64,000 nt of DNA, from NCBI GenBank assembly GCA_001643675.2, contig LSRY02000010.1, forward strand, positions 1,736,001 through 1,800,000, read 5' to 3'. The position numbers and the translations under genes were made by a program. This document shows positions 63,601-64,000 of the stretch, piece after piece (positions within the stretch are counted from its first letter, which is position 1; every line of letters begins with the position of its first letter). This stretch comes from Monocercomonoides exilis PA203. Lineage: Eukaryota; Protista; Preaxostyla. A model generated the notes under the pieces. That model was not told where the DNA came from and did no database searches. It saw only the letters and a list, made by a program, of their open reading frames with translations.

Positions 63601-64000
63601 ATGTGCTGATAAAGATGAATCTTGTGTTGATTGCATTGGTTGTATTGACTGTGAACTTGGCACAGAAGACGAGGAGGAGGAAGAAGAAGAAGAAGAAATA
63701 GAAGAAGTAACATTTGCACCAGCACCAGTAGCAGAAGTGGTAGTAGTTGTGATGATGTGCTGAGGAAGCGGAGTCTGGTTGAACTGTGCATAGCCTGGGC
63801 CACACGATATCTGTGTGTGTATCTGAGAAGATGGCTGGTTCATTCCCTGTGTTATTCCTTGTGTAATATTCTGTGTTATTCCCTGTGTTATGTTCTGTGC
63901 GATGTTCTGAGGTGTACCAAAGGGAACCATCTGAGTTGTGCTGCTGCCTGAGGAGATGATAAGGACAGTCACGGAAGGCGAGGAGGAGGAGGTGACATAC
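60622..64000 (-). CDS. 3' part of a Ser/Gln/Gly-rich low-complexity protein ending in CCVIL (CaaX); the gene begins beyond the window
   Basis: The frame is open for more than 1,116 codons to the window edge and ends ...GGGGCCVIL*, followed by a tract that is T-rich on the sense strand, like a 3' UTR. Confidence 0.75.
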   Translation of the reverse strand, partial: YVTSSSSPSVTVLIISSGSSTTQMVPFGTPQNIAQNITQGITQNITQGITQGMNQPSSQIHTQISCGPGYAQFNQTPLPQHIITTTTTSATGAGANVTSSISSSSSSSSSSSVPSSQSIQPMQSTQDSSLSAHSSASPSNQVTFANYISSASPLATPQPYKPNPDISSLQPRSHSHSRLHLHSRSGSGSGSNSNSNSNSRSNSRSNSFTVSFSENKQVPVNMHSSSSSSSSSSSLSSSALPVIHPAASQDAYVPSSSVSSSSSSSSSNKLYAHQIPLPHMSPPPCLPLSSSSASLHYQPSSSPFVLTASSPSSSSSSLLPSSSHQKSAVSIIARQHTAARLYASAVEADPSVIERKKKERKEVEKMLPFLEQKEKKEKKERKERKEKKENKERKERREGRGDVNGRREPLRSISASGEINEENETDRKNKEVEGASEKEKEKEKEEEHRMSKQGKGKCEMGSETPRNDVVSLGGSDDNISLVSTSSEEEVNEEEGVNNERGVHSNISSADGSSCSRSRSRSRSRSQSQSQSESRSSSCDECNEDDNADENGFTFDATTMMSMMSDAGSLVQQLRLASPSPSPAPSCSPAFKTAQMGGENGLHGMEYTICLRQNTESTASLQEMQPASMGSFGGCSFNVGRRSSPSPSPSHSPAHAYPYQYQHQQQQQQQQMSVNQQSRSGCSTPSRSQHSQHSHHSQQSIGASAGSAAGTGSGAASCFSPSMGSCVDELSFQFGSLSGKEENMQLNNADSEAVRKMMMQSLNSYCEHIDRKLANTDTRDIGHDNSSGCVNVGMGVNSNAGEGGGRCGGGGGGGINTDNQQNGEQSQSYSLRRYSKLSHSSQLSASLPVLIRMSSSSSPSSSSSSSSSSSLSSSTSSHMNKDSKTHLNSSGAAVSSAGADASMGMGVSLQDTNKSSNRTLSRLSHCSSTSSLRLMQMQQPLSEIQAALTSSSRVTNQSSCRSTCQKDAPFPFTAMTAGGLSIFHSSPDLSVPATYSFAAWDDAISAKGCGSYKEGGGGGGGGGGDVCRTPERNDKSEGVEMKKEGDKRRWKSGVGDGQERDVHRFEKEEKESGHRQMRQLSRGQGEGAGGMEEMTNKQMGMGSFQSKGADKGGGGGGGGGGCCVIL

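Overview
AT-rich, intron-containing eukaryotic DNA read in the standard genetic code (TAA and TGA both end conserved genes). The giant beta-helix/TM/degenerate-kinase gene, GTTTG splice donors, bacterial-type GDH and poly-Ser/Gln/His proteins suggest an oxymonad such as Monocercomonoides; this is an inference, not a database match. I can support 15 protein-coding genes, most spliced by hand: PABP, a Pho80/Pcl-like cyclin, a 10-exon coiled-coil protein, a COPI-associated (Tvp15-like) membrane protein, a ~2,670-aa beta-helix receptor pseudokinase, a Kelch-PSI type I membrane protein, an Sm/LSM protein missed by the ORF track, GPN1, a calmodulin-like protein, RPS7, Rab32, a ~3,587-aa low-complexity protein, a glutamate dehydrogenase, a ~2,389-aa internally duplicated beta-helix membrane protein, and the 3' part of a CaaX-ending low-complexity gene. 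The main non-coding signal is three related TA-flanked foldback elements (290-375 bp) with Tc1/mariner-like ends and a conserved central hairpin. Across the window, introns within about 0.9 kb of the ATG are 46-100 nt and later ones are 140-315 nt. The one exception is the second repeat unit of the duplicated beta-helix gene, whose intron positions mirror the first unit. I found no rRNA, tRNA or CRISPR array.
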